NCBI RefSeq assembly: GCF_006345805.1
Contig: NC_043005.1
Coordinates: 30,256,001-30,320,000, forward strand
Length of the DNA: 64,000 nucleotides
Source: Octopus sinensis
Lineage: Eukaryota
Direction: 5' to 3'
Position 1 is the stretch's first letter. The number at the start of each line of letters is the position of its first letter. The position numbers and the translations under genes are program-made. Positions 1 through 13,647 of the stretch are shown in pieces. The notes beneath the pieces were generated by a model. It was given only the letters and a program-made list of their open reading frames with translations. It did not search any database and was not told where the DNA came from.

Positions 1-37
1 AGCAAAATAAGCTGTGAGGTTTCATATAATAATAATG

Positions 38-243
38 GCTTTAAATTTTGGTACAAGGCAAGTAATTTGAGGGGAGGGGTTAAGTTGATTAGATTGACCC
101 CCAGTACACGACTGGTACTTATTTTACCAAGTCTTAAAGGATGAAAGACAAAGTTGACCTTGGCGGAATTTGATTTCAGAATGGAGTTATGGCTGAAATA
201 CCACTAAGCATTTCATCGATTCTGCCAGCTCCCTGCTTTAATA
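38..243 (-). mobile_element. tRNA-derived SINE-like repeat, family B (degraded copy)
   Basis: Shares the core ctggtactta...gatgaaag.caaagt.gacct..g.ggaatttga..tcagaa with copies at ~555-790, ~1015-1225, ~28460-28980, ~37020-37225, ~39440-39620 and ~61640-61850. The reverse strand has a B-box-like gttctgagttcaaatt. Confidence 0.7.
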
Positions 244-251
244 ATAATAAC

Positions 252-300
<49 letters not shown>

Positions 301-554
301 GAACTTCTTCTGATGAAACCTTGCACTTAAATTTTATAGACTGATTTTGGTGAGAGCCTTTCTGATAATGTCAACATCCACATGGTTCCTGTTATTGGAA
401 CCAGTGACTACAAAAGAAGGCATAAGGTTATAAGTATTTCTAATTCTCAAACCTTTCATTGATTAAGATCAAGGCATGGATCATAATCTCCAAATGCTCA
501 ACCACACTGTGCAACACCTTGGCCAAGTGGCTTCTATTACAACAACAAAAACAA

Positions 555-790
555 TCCTTTCTACTCTAGGCACAAGTCCTGAAATTTGTTGGGAGGAGAA
601 TGAGTCAATTACATTGACCCCTGTACACAACTGGTACTTATTTCATTGACTCCAGAGGGACGAAAGGCAAAATCAACCCAGCAGAATTTGAACTCAGAAC
701 ATAGCAACAGAAGAAATGTTACTAAGCAGTTTGTCCAGCATACGAATGAATCTGCCAGCATACGAATGAATATTAAGGTGGCAAGACCAC
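555..790 (-). mobile_element. SINE-like family B copy
   Basis: Same core as 38-243 (ctggtacttatttcattgactcc...gaaaggcaaaatcaac...gaatttgaactcagaac). Confidence 0.65.
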
Positions 791-1014
791 CTTAATATAA
801 TGATGATGATGATGATGAAATCATAAATATTGATGAGGTGAAAATCTCAACAAACAATAAAAATAATTAGATAATTAATTATGATAAATAATGATTAAAT
901 TTATGTTTCCCACAACCAGCACCATTGTTGTAGCAAAACAAATGAAAATTTCAATTTCAACACCTACAGATATTACATATAATAATAATGTATTGTTGAA
1001 TTGAAGTAATCTTT

Positions 1015-1225
1015 TCTACTCTAGGCACAAGGCCAAAATGTTTTGGGGAGGGGGTTCAGTCAATTAGATCGACTCCAGTATGCAACTGGTACTTAATTTA
1101 TTGACTCCAAAAGTATGAAAGCAAAGTCGACCTCAGTGGAAGTTGAACTCAGAATGTAAAGAGAGATGAAATACCACTAAACATTTTGCCCGGTGTGCTA
1201 ATGTTTCTGCCAGTTTGGCACCTTT
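1015..1225 (-). mobile_element. SINE-like family B copy
   Basis: Same core as 38-243. Confidence 0.65.
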
Positions 1226-1345
1226 AAATTGAAGTAATTCTTCCAGAAATCAGGATTCACACCTGGAATACAACTAACAGTGTAAAAAAAAAAAAATGGA
1301 AAAGTAAAACTGCTACATACATAAGGTTTTCATCTAGCAGTGCAG

Positions 1346-1393
1346 GACCATACATATATGAATATAATTGGAGGATATGTTAACCTCATGAAG
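1346..1393 (+). CDS. Candidate 48-nt internal exon (DHTYMNIIGGYVNLMK), unidentified
   Basis: AG acceptors at 1336/1339/1344 after ttttcatct, donor AAG|GTATGG at 1394, one open frame. No recognisable homology. Confidence 0.2.
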
Positions 1394-2329
1394 GTATGGT
1401 TGCATCCAAAGAAAAACTGGTTCAATAACTACTATTTTTGGAGAATGAATTTCCTCAAAATAATAGGTATATATAAAGCATATAGTTTTTATCCATTTAA
1501 AAGAAGAGAACAAAAGGGAGATCAGGAAGTTAATAATAGTTTATTATTAACAAATTGGTCATCTTCGCTTCTTACAGCTGTTTCAATTAACAGGGCTATA
1601 AAAAGCAAAAATGAGCAATTTGTTGTTAAAAATAAATAATTATCAACTTCCTAATCTCCATTTTGTTCTCTTCTTTTAAATGGTTATAAACTATATATAT
1701 ATATATATATAATATATATATATATAGTGAGTGAGAAAGGGGGGAGGGAAGGATGGAGAGATAGAGGTGTGAAAGAAAGATACATGCACGTGACACAAAC
1801 ATGCCAAAGATGCATGTGAAATACATGTGAGAAACTCAGAGTGTGCACCTGTCCAACATAAAATATATTAAATATCACATGTACAGAAGTTTTCACCCTT
1901 ATAAGGATGATACCACCCTTTACTTTTCTGTAACCTACCATACCCAAGTATTGTCAACATGCAACTTAGAATCTCCAGACCAAGAACATTAATCACCTTG
2001 ATCTCAGCAATCTGAGAGGACTTACAGTTGCTATAGGCACAGCTCATTTCTCCCCCAAAAAGTAGAAACAAATATCCAAAACAGCTGTCAAGATAAGACT
2101 ATTACATCATTGCGTTCGTTTATTTGTATTCCATGTAAATACATTCATTAAGCCTACTTGGATTTATCTGCCCTTTTTTACCTCCAGACCTACTCAACAA
2201 AGATTGTTGTTATGGCTGACTTTCAACATTGGAGCCACCTGTCTTGAATGAAGGAGCTGGAATTTAAGTTCTCATTTATCTGAGCAATACTTTGTGAATA
2301 TCTATACCATGCCTACTTTAGCATTCTCC

Positions 2330-2452
<123 letters not shown>

Positions 2453-3159
2453 CATACATACATACATACAGAAGAGTTGGAGGTGATATTATGCTAAGAG
2501 ATGAGAGAAGGTTCATTATATGTACAACACACACACACTTACGCATATATATAATCATCATTACTTAATGTTCATGTTGCATGCTGGCATAGGTAAGATT
2601 GTTTGGCTGGATCCAAGGGGCCTAGGACTACTTAGTATGGTGCCAATGTCTACTGTGGCATGGTTCTACACCTAGATGCCTTTCCTAACACCAACCACTT
2701 ATACAGATGACCAAGATGTTTTTTTCATAGTACCACCACTCATGGGGTCACCATGCAATTTGTAAGACTAACATGCTTTTTCATTGAGTAGGTCTACAGA
2801 AGAGAGGGAGGTGGTATTATGCTAGGAAATGAGAGAGGGTTCATTATATGTATATTATACACACACACACATATGCATACATATATACATGCACATGTAT
2901 GTATATATGAATCTGAATCTATATGTATTACACCAACAAACAAAATAAGAGCTAAAACCTTAAGGTAAGCTATTCGACAAACCTGAGACCTTTAAGCAAA
3001 TATTTATGTAAGGATAGGACCCAGTTGATCATTGGTAACTGTCCCACCCAGAAATATTAAAACTCCAAGAGAGGAATTGGTCCTATAATCATTACGTTAG
3101 CAGTCTAACACCTTGTTTACTTAGACATTCCATTATATAGTAGAGATGAGAAAGAAAAT

Positions 3160-3790
3160 GGTGGGGGTTTGTCTGATGAGAGAGAAAGAGGTGGGGGTTT
3201 GTCTGATGGGAGAGAAAGAGGTGGGGGCTTGTGTGATGAGAGAGAAAGAGGTGGGGGTTTGTGTGATGAGAGAGAAAGAGGTGGGGTTTGTCTGATGGAG
3301 AGAAAGAGGTGGGGGTTTGTCTGATGGGAGAGAAAGAGGTGGGGGTTTGTCTGATGAGAGAGAAAGTGGTGGGGGTTTGTCTGATGAGAGAGAAAGTGGT
3401 GGGGGTTTGTCTGATGAGAGAGAAAGAGGTGGGGGTTTGTCTGATGGGAGAGAAAGAGGTGGGGGCTTGTGTGATGAGAGAGAAAGAGGTGGGGGTTTGT
3501 GTGATGAGAGAGAAAGAGGTGGGGGTTTGTCTGATGGGAGAGAAAGAGGTGGGGGTTTGTCTGATGAGAGAGAAAGTGGTGGGGGTTTGTCTGATGAGAG
3601 AGAAAGTGGTGGGGGTTTGTCTGATGAGAGAGAAAGAGGTGGGGGTTTGTCTGATGAGAGAAAAAGTGGTGGGGGTTTGTCTGATGACAGAGAAAGGGGT
3701 GGGGTTTGTCTGATGAGAGAGAAAGAGGTGGGGGTTTGTCTGATGGGAGAGAAAGAGGTGGGGGCTTGTGTGATGAGAGAGAAAGAGGTG
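3160..3790. repeat. 30-bp minisatellite (gagagagaaagaggtgggggtttgtctgat)n, about 21 copies
   Basis: Directly visible. It explains the 10-aa periodic ORFs at 3288, 3317 and 3706. Confidence 0.95.
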
Positions 3791-6700
3791 ACAGTGATCT
3801 AGAATATTGTAGTGGACTTCTCTTCTTTCAACTACATTTATTTACATCTTTAAGCTTCTCTTTGGTAGCAACCAATATCTATTTTCACTGAATACTTCCA
3901 TGACAATTTCATTGTGCTAATGTCTCATTGCCTGGCACAGAGTCAACTCCCTCAATACTAGACTCCTTCTTGTAGAGGGGTTGTCTTGCAAATTACTTGG
4001 TCAACTCACTGGTGCTGGTACTATGTAAAAAGCACCCAGTACACTGCGTAAAGTGGTTGGCATTAGGAAGGGCATCTAGTCATAGAAACCATGCCAAAGC
4101 TGACATTGGGGTTTGGCATCTAATCGTATCATAAAAGAAATTGGAACCAGCTCTTCTAACCCTAACCCATGTCAGTATTGAAAACAGACATAGTGGTGAT
4201 GATGATGTAACTATTTCTTCACTATTTTCACAGCAGATACTGTTCTAAATGGAATATACATCAATATTTTCATGTCTGTTCATGTAGACATATCATCACT
4301 ATTAAGATGGAACCTTAAGGTTACTCAATAACAGAATGCAGACTTCATTAAGTAGTACCAACTGTTATTGGTTCAAGCATCAATACATTCTCTAAGACTT
4401 ACTAAACAAGCCTTCAGATGTCTTAAATGGAGACCCTAGATCCTTCTTCTTTCTTACCTATAGTCAGCCACTCCTCTTCATATATAGTCTTCTTGTAATG
4501 ATTTCTCTTTAATCATCTTTCATTACTTCCATCACATCCCTTGCAAAATCTTAACATGATGTTGATGTAGCATCCTGTATTCTGATCCCTTGAGGCCAAC
4601 AACAGACTCAGCCATTGTTTTCTTTTCCTTATTTCACATTATAATTGTCATCATCACCATCATTGTTTTAGCATCATTTTTCTATGCTTGTTTGGGTGAG
4701 ACAGAATTCATTTAGGCAGATTTTCTATGGCTGGACATGTTCTCATGGAAGACTGGATAAAAAGAACACCACTTGTATGATGACTATGTTCATTTTACAA
4801 GTTTTGTGCAATGTCAAAGGAAGGAGACGCAAATACAATCCTGCACGCATACACACACACACACAAAATCACTGCTTTAACATTCACTTCTGCATGCATG
4901 AGTCAGACAGAATTTGTTGAGGCAGATTTTCTATGGCCAGATGTCCTTCGTGTAGCCAACCATCAGCTGTATCCAAGCAAGGTATTTCCTTAAAGCTGAA
5001 GATGTCTTCATGGAAGGCTGGAAATGAATCATACCATTTGTACGGCAGTAACACTCAACGCTCATGTAATGTCTGGACCAAGAGACAGTAAAACACACAC
5101 ACACACATATACACATACACAATGGGCTTCTTTCAGTTTCTGTTTACCAAATCCACTCACAAGGCTTTGGTCAGCCTGGGGTTATAATAGAAGATACTTG
5201 CTCAAGGTGCCATGAACTAGGACTGAACTGCAGATCAAGTGGTTAAGAGGTAAACTTCTTAACAACAATCATTAATTTTTTTCCTTGATTTTCAGAAATT
5301 TCGTACCAGATGCTAACAACTTCAAACCAAGCCAAAAAATTAATTACTTGAATGATTTAACATTAGTTTTCCTCGTCGTTTGTCTAGTTTGCTAACAAAG
5401 CCGAGAAAAAAAATCGCAAATAAATCTACTTCGTGTGTCTAGAACAGTCAGCTTGTTCGAGAGTCCTGACTTAAGCCAAATTACTTTGGTGCTTCAAATG
5501 GCTCTTCATATAGTTTACAAACACGTGACTTGCTTTAAAAAAGATATTTATCGATCAAGTAATTAAATAACTTCATAACCATATTTCCCATTATTGGAGT
5601 GATTTTTCGTTTTTCATTGACAAATATAACATTGTGTATGAAATTGACATCAACCAACCGTGACATCTACAACGTTTCTACTTTTATTTTTGACCAAAGT
5701 TGGATACGATTCCTATACGATTACCTTCACTCCTCTCACTGGTCGTTGGACATAAAATGAGACTCGTATAGTGAATAGTTTCTCGTCTTATCATCTGTAC
5801 TTTAATAAAGTCTCAAGTATTTTAATTATTGTTACAAATAAACAAGCTGTTGATAACGGACTTATTAGTATAACTACAATCATGGGGGGGACCCCACTTC
5901 TCTCCGTTTCAGTCGTTATTGTCAATCGATAGCTTAACCAACAATTTATCGATGTTCAACGTTTACTTATTCCATCAATTTGGCGGAAAATTGTAATAAT
6001 TTAAGAACACAGATTAATAAGCCGTGCTAGGTTACCATATTCATCAGGTATATGGAAAGTGTACATTTATTGTTAAATATCTGTATGATCCAGAAAAAGC
6101 AAGTGTTACCATCAAGGTTTTCGCAAAAACATATACATATGTGTGTGTGTGTGCGTCTGTGTATAATACACGAGTGTTTATAAATACATACATATATATA
6201 TAATCATTGTGAGGGGGAGATTTAGGAAGAAACTTCTAAATAATGCACGAAGAATGAAAGAGCTCTTAACTTGGATACTGCATTAAAAAGACAATTTTTC
6301 TCCGTATATATATTTATATATAAAAAAACATACATTAAGCGAAAAAAGATTTTAAAATCAAAATCGTAGAAAGAAAATGGTTGGCGCTACGTTGTAGAAT
6401 TGAATTCCATCAGTGAAATAGTGTATGTGTGTGTGTATATATATATATATATACACACACATTATATATATATAAATATATATTGTGGTGTTTGTATGAA
6501 TGTGTAAGTAGTTATATGGATATATCTATCTGTATAGGTGAGTATGTGTTTATTTGATAGATGACAATTTATTCTTCTCTTTCAAATTGTTATGAAAGCA
6601 ATTATATAAAAAGCAACAACAAAAAAGCAAAACACCTCTGTATGCCTCAACATCACACACACACACATATATATATATAAATATATATATAAGCTAGATA

Positions 6701-7175
6701 GATACACTGTGGTGTGATTCTGAGTGTCTATATGTAAATGTGTTTACATAAGTATGTGCGTGTGTCTATGTCTGTGTGTGTATGCGATGTTGTGACTGTA
6801 CGATGTCAGTGATGAATGAGTTGCCATCGAAGTACAACAGTAAACACCGACCACAGTATATTTCTCAATAAATGTATGGTGAATATCGACAACATAAACA
6901 AATGCGCGATGAGGTAAGGCAGTTTAAAGTTGTGTTGGAGAATAAAACAACAGACGTCTGCTATTATTATGAAATGGAAGGGACAGATTGTACGTCATGG
7001 AGCTTCACCTGGTACAACAAACAGACGCACCACTGGACATTTGTGCAGAATACATGAAATCATAAACTATGACGTGACAAAGAAATAGAATACAAAACTA
7101 AAAAACTGTTCCACTTTACCATATTTTCTTGGTGGATGCTATAGAAAGTCCTATCATTAGCATCAGAACACAGCC

Positions 7176-7268
7176 ATGTTTCAACTCCACGGTGCTACAG
7201 ATGAAGGGGAGGAGAAAGAAGACAGTTATTCGCCCTTGTCGACAAAACATTCTCTAATTACTCGACAG
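7176..7268 (+). CDS. Candidate first coding exon (MFQLHGATDEGEEKEDSYSPLSTKHSLITRQ), unidentified
   Basis: gccATG context at 7176, non-repetitive codons, possible phase-0 donor CAG|GTAGCG at 7269. Lies in a unique region that appears CpG-retaining. No homology recognised. Confidence 0.3.
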
Positions 7269-8099
7269 GTAGCGCTCCCTGTACGTCATTCATCTAATAA
7301 TAGTGCAGTGGTGAAGACGGTGACGGTGAATGCGTACAGTGTTGATGGTGATGGCGGGAGGTGTAAACACTAACGGCTCTTATGATAATAGTGGTGGTGG
7401 TGGTGGTGGCGATGTAAAAACGCTCACTGTCCTTATGGTGGTGGTGGTGGTGATGATGACAATCGAGGTGATTCTGTGTGATAGACATGACAACATCGCT
7501 AAATATTGCTTCTCTTAAGTGAATTTGTTAACTTTTAGGTTCCGAAATGCATATTGAGAAAAATGAAGCAGAAAGAAATGCGAGACTTGTAATGTCCTAT
7601 TAGTATTGTGTATATGTGTGTGTGTGTTTAAATATATATATATAATTAAGATTCAGTTGAATTAGGTACTTCAATTGAGGCACCTTGCCAATTCGGTATA
7701 GTCCGCACAGCTCCAAGTTAGGTGAACAGAATGTAAATAAGTAACAAGGATGTACATCCCTGTGTGTTTATTAATATTTAGCAGAAGTAATAGAGTGGCT
7801 CAAGGTCTGAGATTTTCGTGCGTTGGCATGAATATATATATATATATATATATATATAAACACACATACGTGTGAGTGTTAGTTCACACTGCGAAATAAA
7901 TAAAATATATCTAACACTACACTTGTATGTTGTATCGAGTACTTTTAAATGTAAAATGAAAGTAATCAACTTGGCTTGAAACAATTCCAGCGAAGTAAAG
8001 GCTGTGGTAAGAAGCTTACTTCCCAACCACATCGTTCTGGGTTCAGTCCTATAGCGTGGCACACTTGTCTTCTTGGGCTGATCCAAAAGTGTGTATGTG

Positions 8100-9430
8100 T
8101 GTGTGTGTCTATGTATATTATTCAGTTTTATTTCGAAATTTCTTCCCAATGGAGAAAGAGCTGGTTTCAGTAACACTTGCGAGTTTGAACGTCTATCTCA
8201 TTGAGTTCTTGTAGTGGCCAGCTCAAAAGGTCAAACATAGGTGTGATGGCAGGCACTGCAAAGGTGTTGTGGGCAATATGTTTGTTATAAGCTGAGAGTT
8301 CTGATGACCATGTTCTCTTCACTCTCCTAAGGTCTTCATTTCCAGTCCTCAACTTATTTATAGATCCATCATCTCTGACATTCTCACCTTGTCCAAGACA
8401 CATATAATTGTCACCTGACTGTAGAGGTCATATCGTCAACTCATTCGTTTTTAGGTCTTCAGAGGAAGGCACAACTTTTCCGTGTTTTAGTCTAAAAAAA
8501 AAAGCACATTTGGACTCACTAAATTTCATTCTGGTGTCTGTAGAAAAATCAGTAGTGAAGTCCACTTTTATTTTTATGTGGTCCATATTTGGCCCATACA
8601 GTCTCAGGTTGTCAACGAAGAAAAGATGGGGGATACTTCTGGATCCATTTCTATAACCACTAAGTTTTGTGAATGGATTCAATGGGAGGATGAAGAGCAA
8701 CACTGAGAGATTATCACCCAGAAAGATGCTGTGTGTGTATATATATGTATGTGTGTATGTATGTCATTGCTCAGTTTTATTTCAAGATTTCTTGCCAATA
8801 GAGAAACAGCTGGTTTCTAACCTAGATCCAAGGCTCCTACATTGGAATTTCAACATCAACAACAGGGTATTTTTTGTATGTATGTATATGTGCAGATTTG
8901 TATGTTTTGTTTATCTATGAGTGGGGAACAGAGCCAAAGGCTTTCTTCTAGTCTAGCCACATTGAAACTATGTTCCTCCTATGCTCTTGCACTTCTGACA
9001 TCACAGTTTTGTTGATTAACAACTGCTCAGTTCATTGCCAGACTCCCTTCTTCCCAGCTGCTTGTTCTGCTGTGATAATGTTACTGGTTTCACAATGTCC
9101 TGGAAAAAAAGGTTTAACCATGCTGTATATATCTTATACATTAAGTTCTGGCATGCAATTGGCCGAACGTTTTTTGCCATATGGGTGGTTCTGCATTTGG
9201 GGATCAATTTTGTCTCCACCAGAGCTAACCAGTGTGGTATGCTACTGTTACCATTGAGAGTTTGCTAGTACAGATTGATAAGGTATGGTTGGTTGAAGGT
9301 TAGCTTCTTGTACTAATATCCAACAACCAAGTCTCTTCCAGGTGCTTTTCCATTCTCGAGTTTCTAGATCACGGTTGCAAGAGTTTCACCATCAATATTG
9401 TATGTCTTGGATGTAACGCAGGAGCAATAA
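8100..9430 (-). mobile_element. R4/Dong-like non-LTR retrotransposon, degraded reverse transcriptase region, internally deleted
   Basis: Minus-strand translations give KAPGRDLVVGY, TKLIPK..KNVRPIACQNLMYKIYT, HLFFVDNLRLY (YxDD box), MKFSESKCA and WSSELSAYNKHIAHNTFAVP. These join at ~8170 to a 3' tail ending in a simple repeat; a second tail copy is nested at ~8770-8870. Confidence 0.8.
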
Positions 9431-10809
9431 CTTTATCAGATTTCTTGTATGTATGCATGTATATATGCATGTATGTGTATATGTATGTATATATGTCTGT
9501 GTGTATCTGTGTATATGCATGTATGTATGTATGTATGTATCTATGCATGTATGTATATGGTCAACTTCGGCTTACTTTGTCTGTATTTTTCCTTGGCATG
9601 ATGGTTCTAGAATTTTACTGTTTAATGTTATTGGATAGAAATATCCTTTGAGAGGTATCATAACTGCTTCTTCAAGGTTATGAGAACCAGTCTCTACTTG
9701 GTTACTTGACATGTTATAAATAGCAACTATATTGCCTGACAGTTGTAAAACAAGCATGGTGCATAATGCAGTCCAACATATGCCATGCATGATGGCATAT
9801 GCCAGGATGGTTATGGTTGGAATGTCTTTGATCATATGGCTGTTCACTCAGGGATACTTGTGGCAAACCACCATCTCATCATCATCATCATCGTCATTAT
9901 GATTATCATCAATTTAATATCCACTTTTCCTTGCTTGCATACTTCAGATAGAATTCTTTAAGAAGAATTTTTCTATGGCCGGACACTCTTCCTGTTGCCA
10001 ACCCTCATCTGTTTCCAAGCAATTTAATATTTCCCTATCACCAGACATTGTTTTTTCACAAAATACTGGAAATTAGGAGCTTGTATGACAATCTTGATAA
10101 TACTAAAACTCTTGGGATGTTTATGTGTAACTGAAATATCTCAGAAATGGTATCTTTTATCTTAATTTTTTTTACATATTTATTTTCATACTTACCTTCA
10201 GCAGTGCAGTGCAAATTTTTGTAACATTTGAACCTCTATTTAAGCGATTAAACACAATTTTTGCTATTTCTTGATGAAAAAAAAAATACATGGCTTCCAT
10301 GATGTCAATACACACACACACACACACACATATAATGAATGTCATGGCATGTCAATCAACACAAACACATATTTGCTATCTGTGACATATACACACATAT
10401 TCTCTCTCTTTCTCTCTCTTTCACACACACACACACACACACGTCCATTTCATATACACGTTCATACATCTTTCACTTTCTCCTCTCTTTCACTTTAAAA
10501 CAAAAGTAATCAGTGATTTTCAGGATAAAAATGGTTTAAAAAAAGCTTCTCCTCATGTAAATTGATTATTATTGTTTGGATAGTTCCAATTAAATAAGTC
10601 CAGAAGTTAGGTTAAATATATATACATGCATAAATACTGTGAATTCCCATTCTACAAACATGGCAAACAATTCCGTGAATACTTTACCAAGAAAGGCTGG
10701 GTGGTAAGTCTAGTGTTCATTTAAAATTTATAACATGATGTCAAAACAAACATTCCCCCACACACACTCACATGCACATATACATTTACATACACATATG
10801 TATGTATGT

Positions 10810-11500
10810 CTCTTTTACCTTTTAGTTATTATAAATCTTCCACTGAGGAGGGAGCTTGTTTTACAACAAAGATACAATGCTCCATCTTTGGGATGTAGTT
10901 AACACAAACACATTCACATTTGGAATTTGAGAAAAGTCTTGAATATTTTTAGTGTTCCACTCACAGATTGCACTTGTAATGTACGAATTGGTCGGTCGAT
11001 TTCTCTTTCTGAAAATCCCAGTTTATCCAGATTCTCCTTGAAGCATTTACTAACAAAATCTAATGCTCCAATTGTTATTATTGGTATGAATATGAATTCA
11101 TAGTCTGAATATAAAAGCTGGGGGTTTCAAAGCAGATGTTCATAGATATCCTCTTTTTCTTTGATTTTCAAAGAGATATTTATATCTGCAGGGTAGCTGA
11201 CCGCTATGATGGTACATACCTTTGTCCCTCTGTCATAAACAACAATATCTGGCCTGTTATATTTACATTTGACAGAAGTTTTGATGGGAATATTCCATCA
11301 GTATTCCTTGAGTTGGTGCTTATAAATGTATTCTATAACAGAGGGATCTTCTAAGTTTATTTCAGGACAGTCTTTTTTGCGGATGGCATGGTAAATTGCT
11401 TTAGCAACAACATCGTGCCATGGAGGGTGGTAGTACTGTGACAACATTTTAGGATAACTGCTAATCACTGCTTGGATAATGCTTAGATATTGGTCTTTAG
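10810..11500 (-). mobile_element. 3' end of an R4/Dong-like LINE: restriction-like endonuclease domain plus 3' UTR
   Basis: Minus-strand frame reads VISSYPKMLSQYYHPPWHDVVAKAIY...EY*WNIPIKT..KYNRPDIVVYD...IIAVSYPADINI..KEKEDIY...FIPIITIGALDFV. This matches the RHD and PD..D/E-type RLE layout. Stop at 10914-10916; the UTR runs into (TACA)n. Confidence 0.8.
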
Positions 11501-11934
11501 CTTTTTGGAAAACACACACACACACATGTGTGCACACATACACACGCACATACATGTATCATCATCATCATCGTTTAACATCCATGTTCCATGTTGCCTT
11601 GGGATGGACAATTTGCCAAGATCCAATCTGTTCAAGGACCGCATTTAGTGTCAATGTTTGCTTGAGCATGGTTTTTATGGCTGGATACTCTTCCTAATGG
11701 CAACTAATTTACAGCAAGGACTGGATGCTTTTTTCATTATTCCACCTTCCCTGTTGAGGTCTACAATCCCAAAAGGGGACAGCGTCAAGCAAGGAGACAA
11801 GGGGAATCACTATAAAGAGTGGGGAACAGCAGGTTACTGTAGAGGGATCTGCATGGCTACTCATAGCTACTCACATCTATTGGGGGATGCACATACAAAC
11901 ATACACACACACATGCACACACATACCACACACA

Positions 11935-12690
11935 CGCCCTGAGAGAAATGTTGGACATAAGAAGCATCGGGTGTGGCGTGCAAGAGAGACATTTGCGCTG
12001 GTATGGTCATATACTACGGAGAGATGTGTCAAGAAGTGCCACTCCCAAACAGTTGAAGGAATCCAGGGTAGAGGTAGACCCAGGAAGACATGGGATGAGG
12101 GTCAAGCATGACCTTCGAGCATTGGGCCTCACAGAGGCAATGACGAAAGACCGAGACCTCTGGAGATATGCTGTGACTGCGAAGATCCGACAAATAAAGT
12201 GAGTTCATGGCTGTATCCTACACCAGCTTCACATAACCAGCCCCAGCCCATTCAAAGTACCTTGGATCACAGGACGGCCTGCAATGTTTAACTTGGATCG
12301 TAGGGTGACCTGCTGTGCTTGAGGAGACCTATTGAGTTAAGTACATCAACATCAAAATAAAAATCAAATGGAAATTGTAGTTGTGATACCCATGACTGTG
12401 GCATGTAAAAAGAACCATCCGAATGTGGCCGATGCCAGTGCCACCTCGACTGGCTTCCATGCTAGTGGCACGTAAAAAGTACCAACCGATTGTGGTCATT
12501 GCCAGGTTGGTGGCACGTAAAAAGCACACACTACACTCGCAGAGTGGTTGGCGTTAGGAAGAGCATCCAGCTGTAGAAACACTGCCAGATCAGACTGGAG
12601 CCTGGAACAGCCTTCTGACTTCCCAGACCCCAGATGAACATCCAATCCATGCTAGCATGGAAAATGGACTTAAACGATGATGATATATAT
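11935..12690 (+). mobile_element. RTE LINE 3' fragment plus 3' UTR
   Basis: ORF 11948-12202 (VQERHLRWYGH...GRPRKTWDE in the adjacent frame), followed by the UTR and (GAT)n tail also seen at 52470-53045. Confidence 0.85.
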
Positions 12691-12814
12691 ATATATATAT
12701 AGTAAATTTAGGGTGAATACTTGATAAGTGTAAGCACCTGTATACGCCAGCTAGTAGCAGAGGTGAGAGGGTATATGTATCAAATGAAATCAAAAACAGA
12801 ACACAAAGGATGTC

Positions 12815-12905
12815 GCAGTACACGTGTTTCAAGCTTTATAAATGACCTATTCTTACATCAGTGTATAATAGACATAAAGGATGGTTTAAAGCTCTCTTCA
12901 GCCAC
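12815..12905 (-). ncRNA. Type I hammerhead ribozyme motif with extended helix II
   Basis: Minus strand: GUGG-CUGAAGA-GAGCUUU...AAAGCUU-GAAA-CACGUGU-A-CUGC. Palindromic helix III ACACGUGU, GUA cleavage triplet, helix I of 4 bp including two G-U pairs. Confidence 0.7.
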
Positions 12906-12999
12906 ATGCAATTGTTATTCCAAAGAGTTACATCACACTATGAAATGTACCTTTCGGATTTTTCATAGTGTGATGTAACTCTTGGAATAACAATTGCAT

Positions 13000-13090
13000 G
13001 CGGCTGAAGAGAGCTTTAAACCATCCTTTATGTCTATTATACACTGATGTAAGAATAGGTCGTTTATAAAGCTTGAAACACGTGTACCAC
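13000..13090 (+). ncRNA. Type I hammerhead ribozyme motif (mirror copy)
   Basis: GCGG-CUGAAGA-GAGCUUU...AAAGCUU-GAAA-CACGUGU-A-CCAC. One mismatch in helix I. Confidence 0.65.
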
Positions 13091-13146
13091 GACATCCTTT
13101 GTGTTCTGTTTTTGATTTCATTTGATACACACACATACACACACAC

Positions 13147-13196
<50 letters not shown>

Positions 13197-13204
13197 GTAT
13201 ATAT

Positions 13205-13337
13205 ATGTATAGTTCAAAATTACAGAAAATCAAAAGACAAAGGCAGGTGTAGGAACAACAAGCAGGTGTATTAGTTTAACACTTGGGAAGAATGGAAAAG
13301 TCTTTCACGTTTCGAGCCTATGCTTTTCGACAGAAAG
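13205..13337 (-). mobile_element. Penelope-like terminal fragment with decayed hammerhead
   Basis: Minus strand: CUUU-CUGUCGA-AAAGCAUAGGCUC-GAAA-CGU-G-AAAG (A6>U, H17=G), then ~100 nt and (TA)n. Confidence 0.55.
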
Positions 13338-13600
13338 AGGAAAACATGGAGAGCGAATATATAGGGAGAGAGAGAGAGAAAGAGAAAGAGAGAGTACCAG
13401 TTAAACACTGGGGTTGATGTAATCGACTCATCCCAATCTGCCCTTGTGACAAAATTTGAAATCATTATTATTATCATAGGACATGCTCAACTGGTAAAGG
13501 TCAAACAACTGACAAGTAAATCTGTGGTATTGAGCAGAACATTTGCTGTAGCTCATCTTTTATATCAAGACAATCACACACAATAGTAATAATAATAATA

Positions 13601-13647
<47 letters not shown>

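Larger units (their letters stand above)
12777..13128. repeat. Fold-back element: ~168-bp inverted arms, 15-nt loop, each arm carrying a hammerhead motif
   Basis: 12777-12945 is the reverse complement of 12961-13128, with few mismatches, mostly CpG transitions. Followed by (CA)/(TA)n. Confidence 0.95.

Noticed and set aside
3160-3790. Each 30-bp unit contains CTGATGA-GAGA-GAAA, like a tandem hammerhead array
   Set aside because: The rest of the unit is G/T-rich with almost no C, so helices I, II and III cannot form. Treated as coincidence.
4990-5035. CTGAAGA...GAAA with a plausible helix II
   Set aside because: No helix I complement and a poor helix III.
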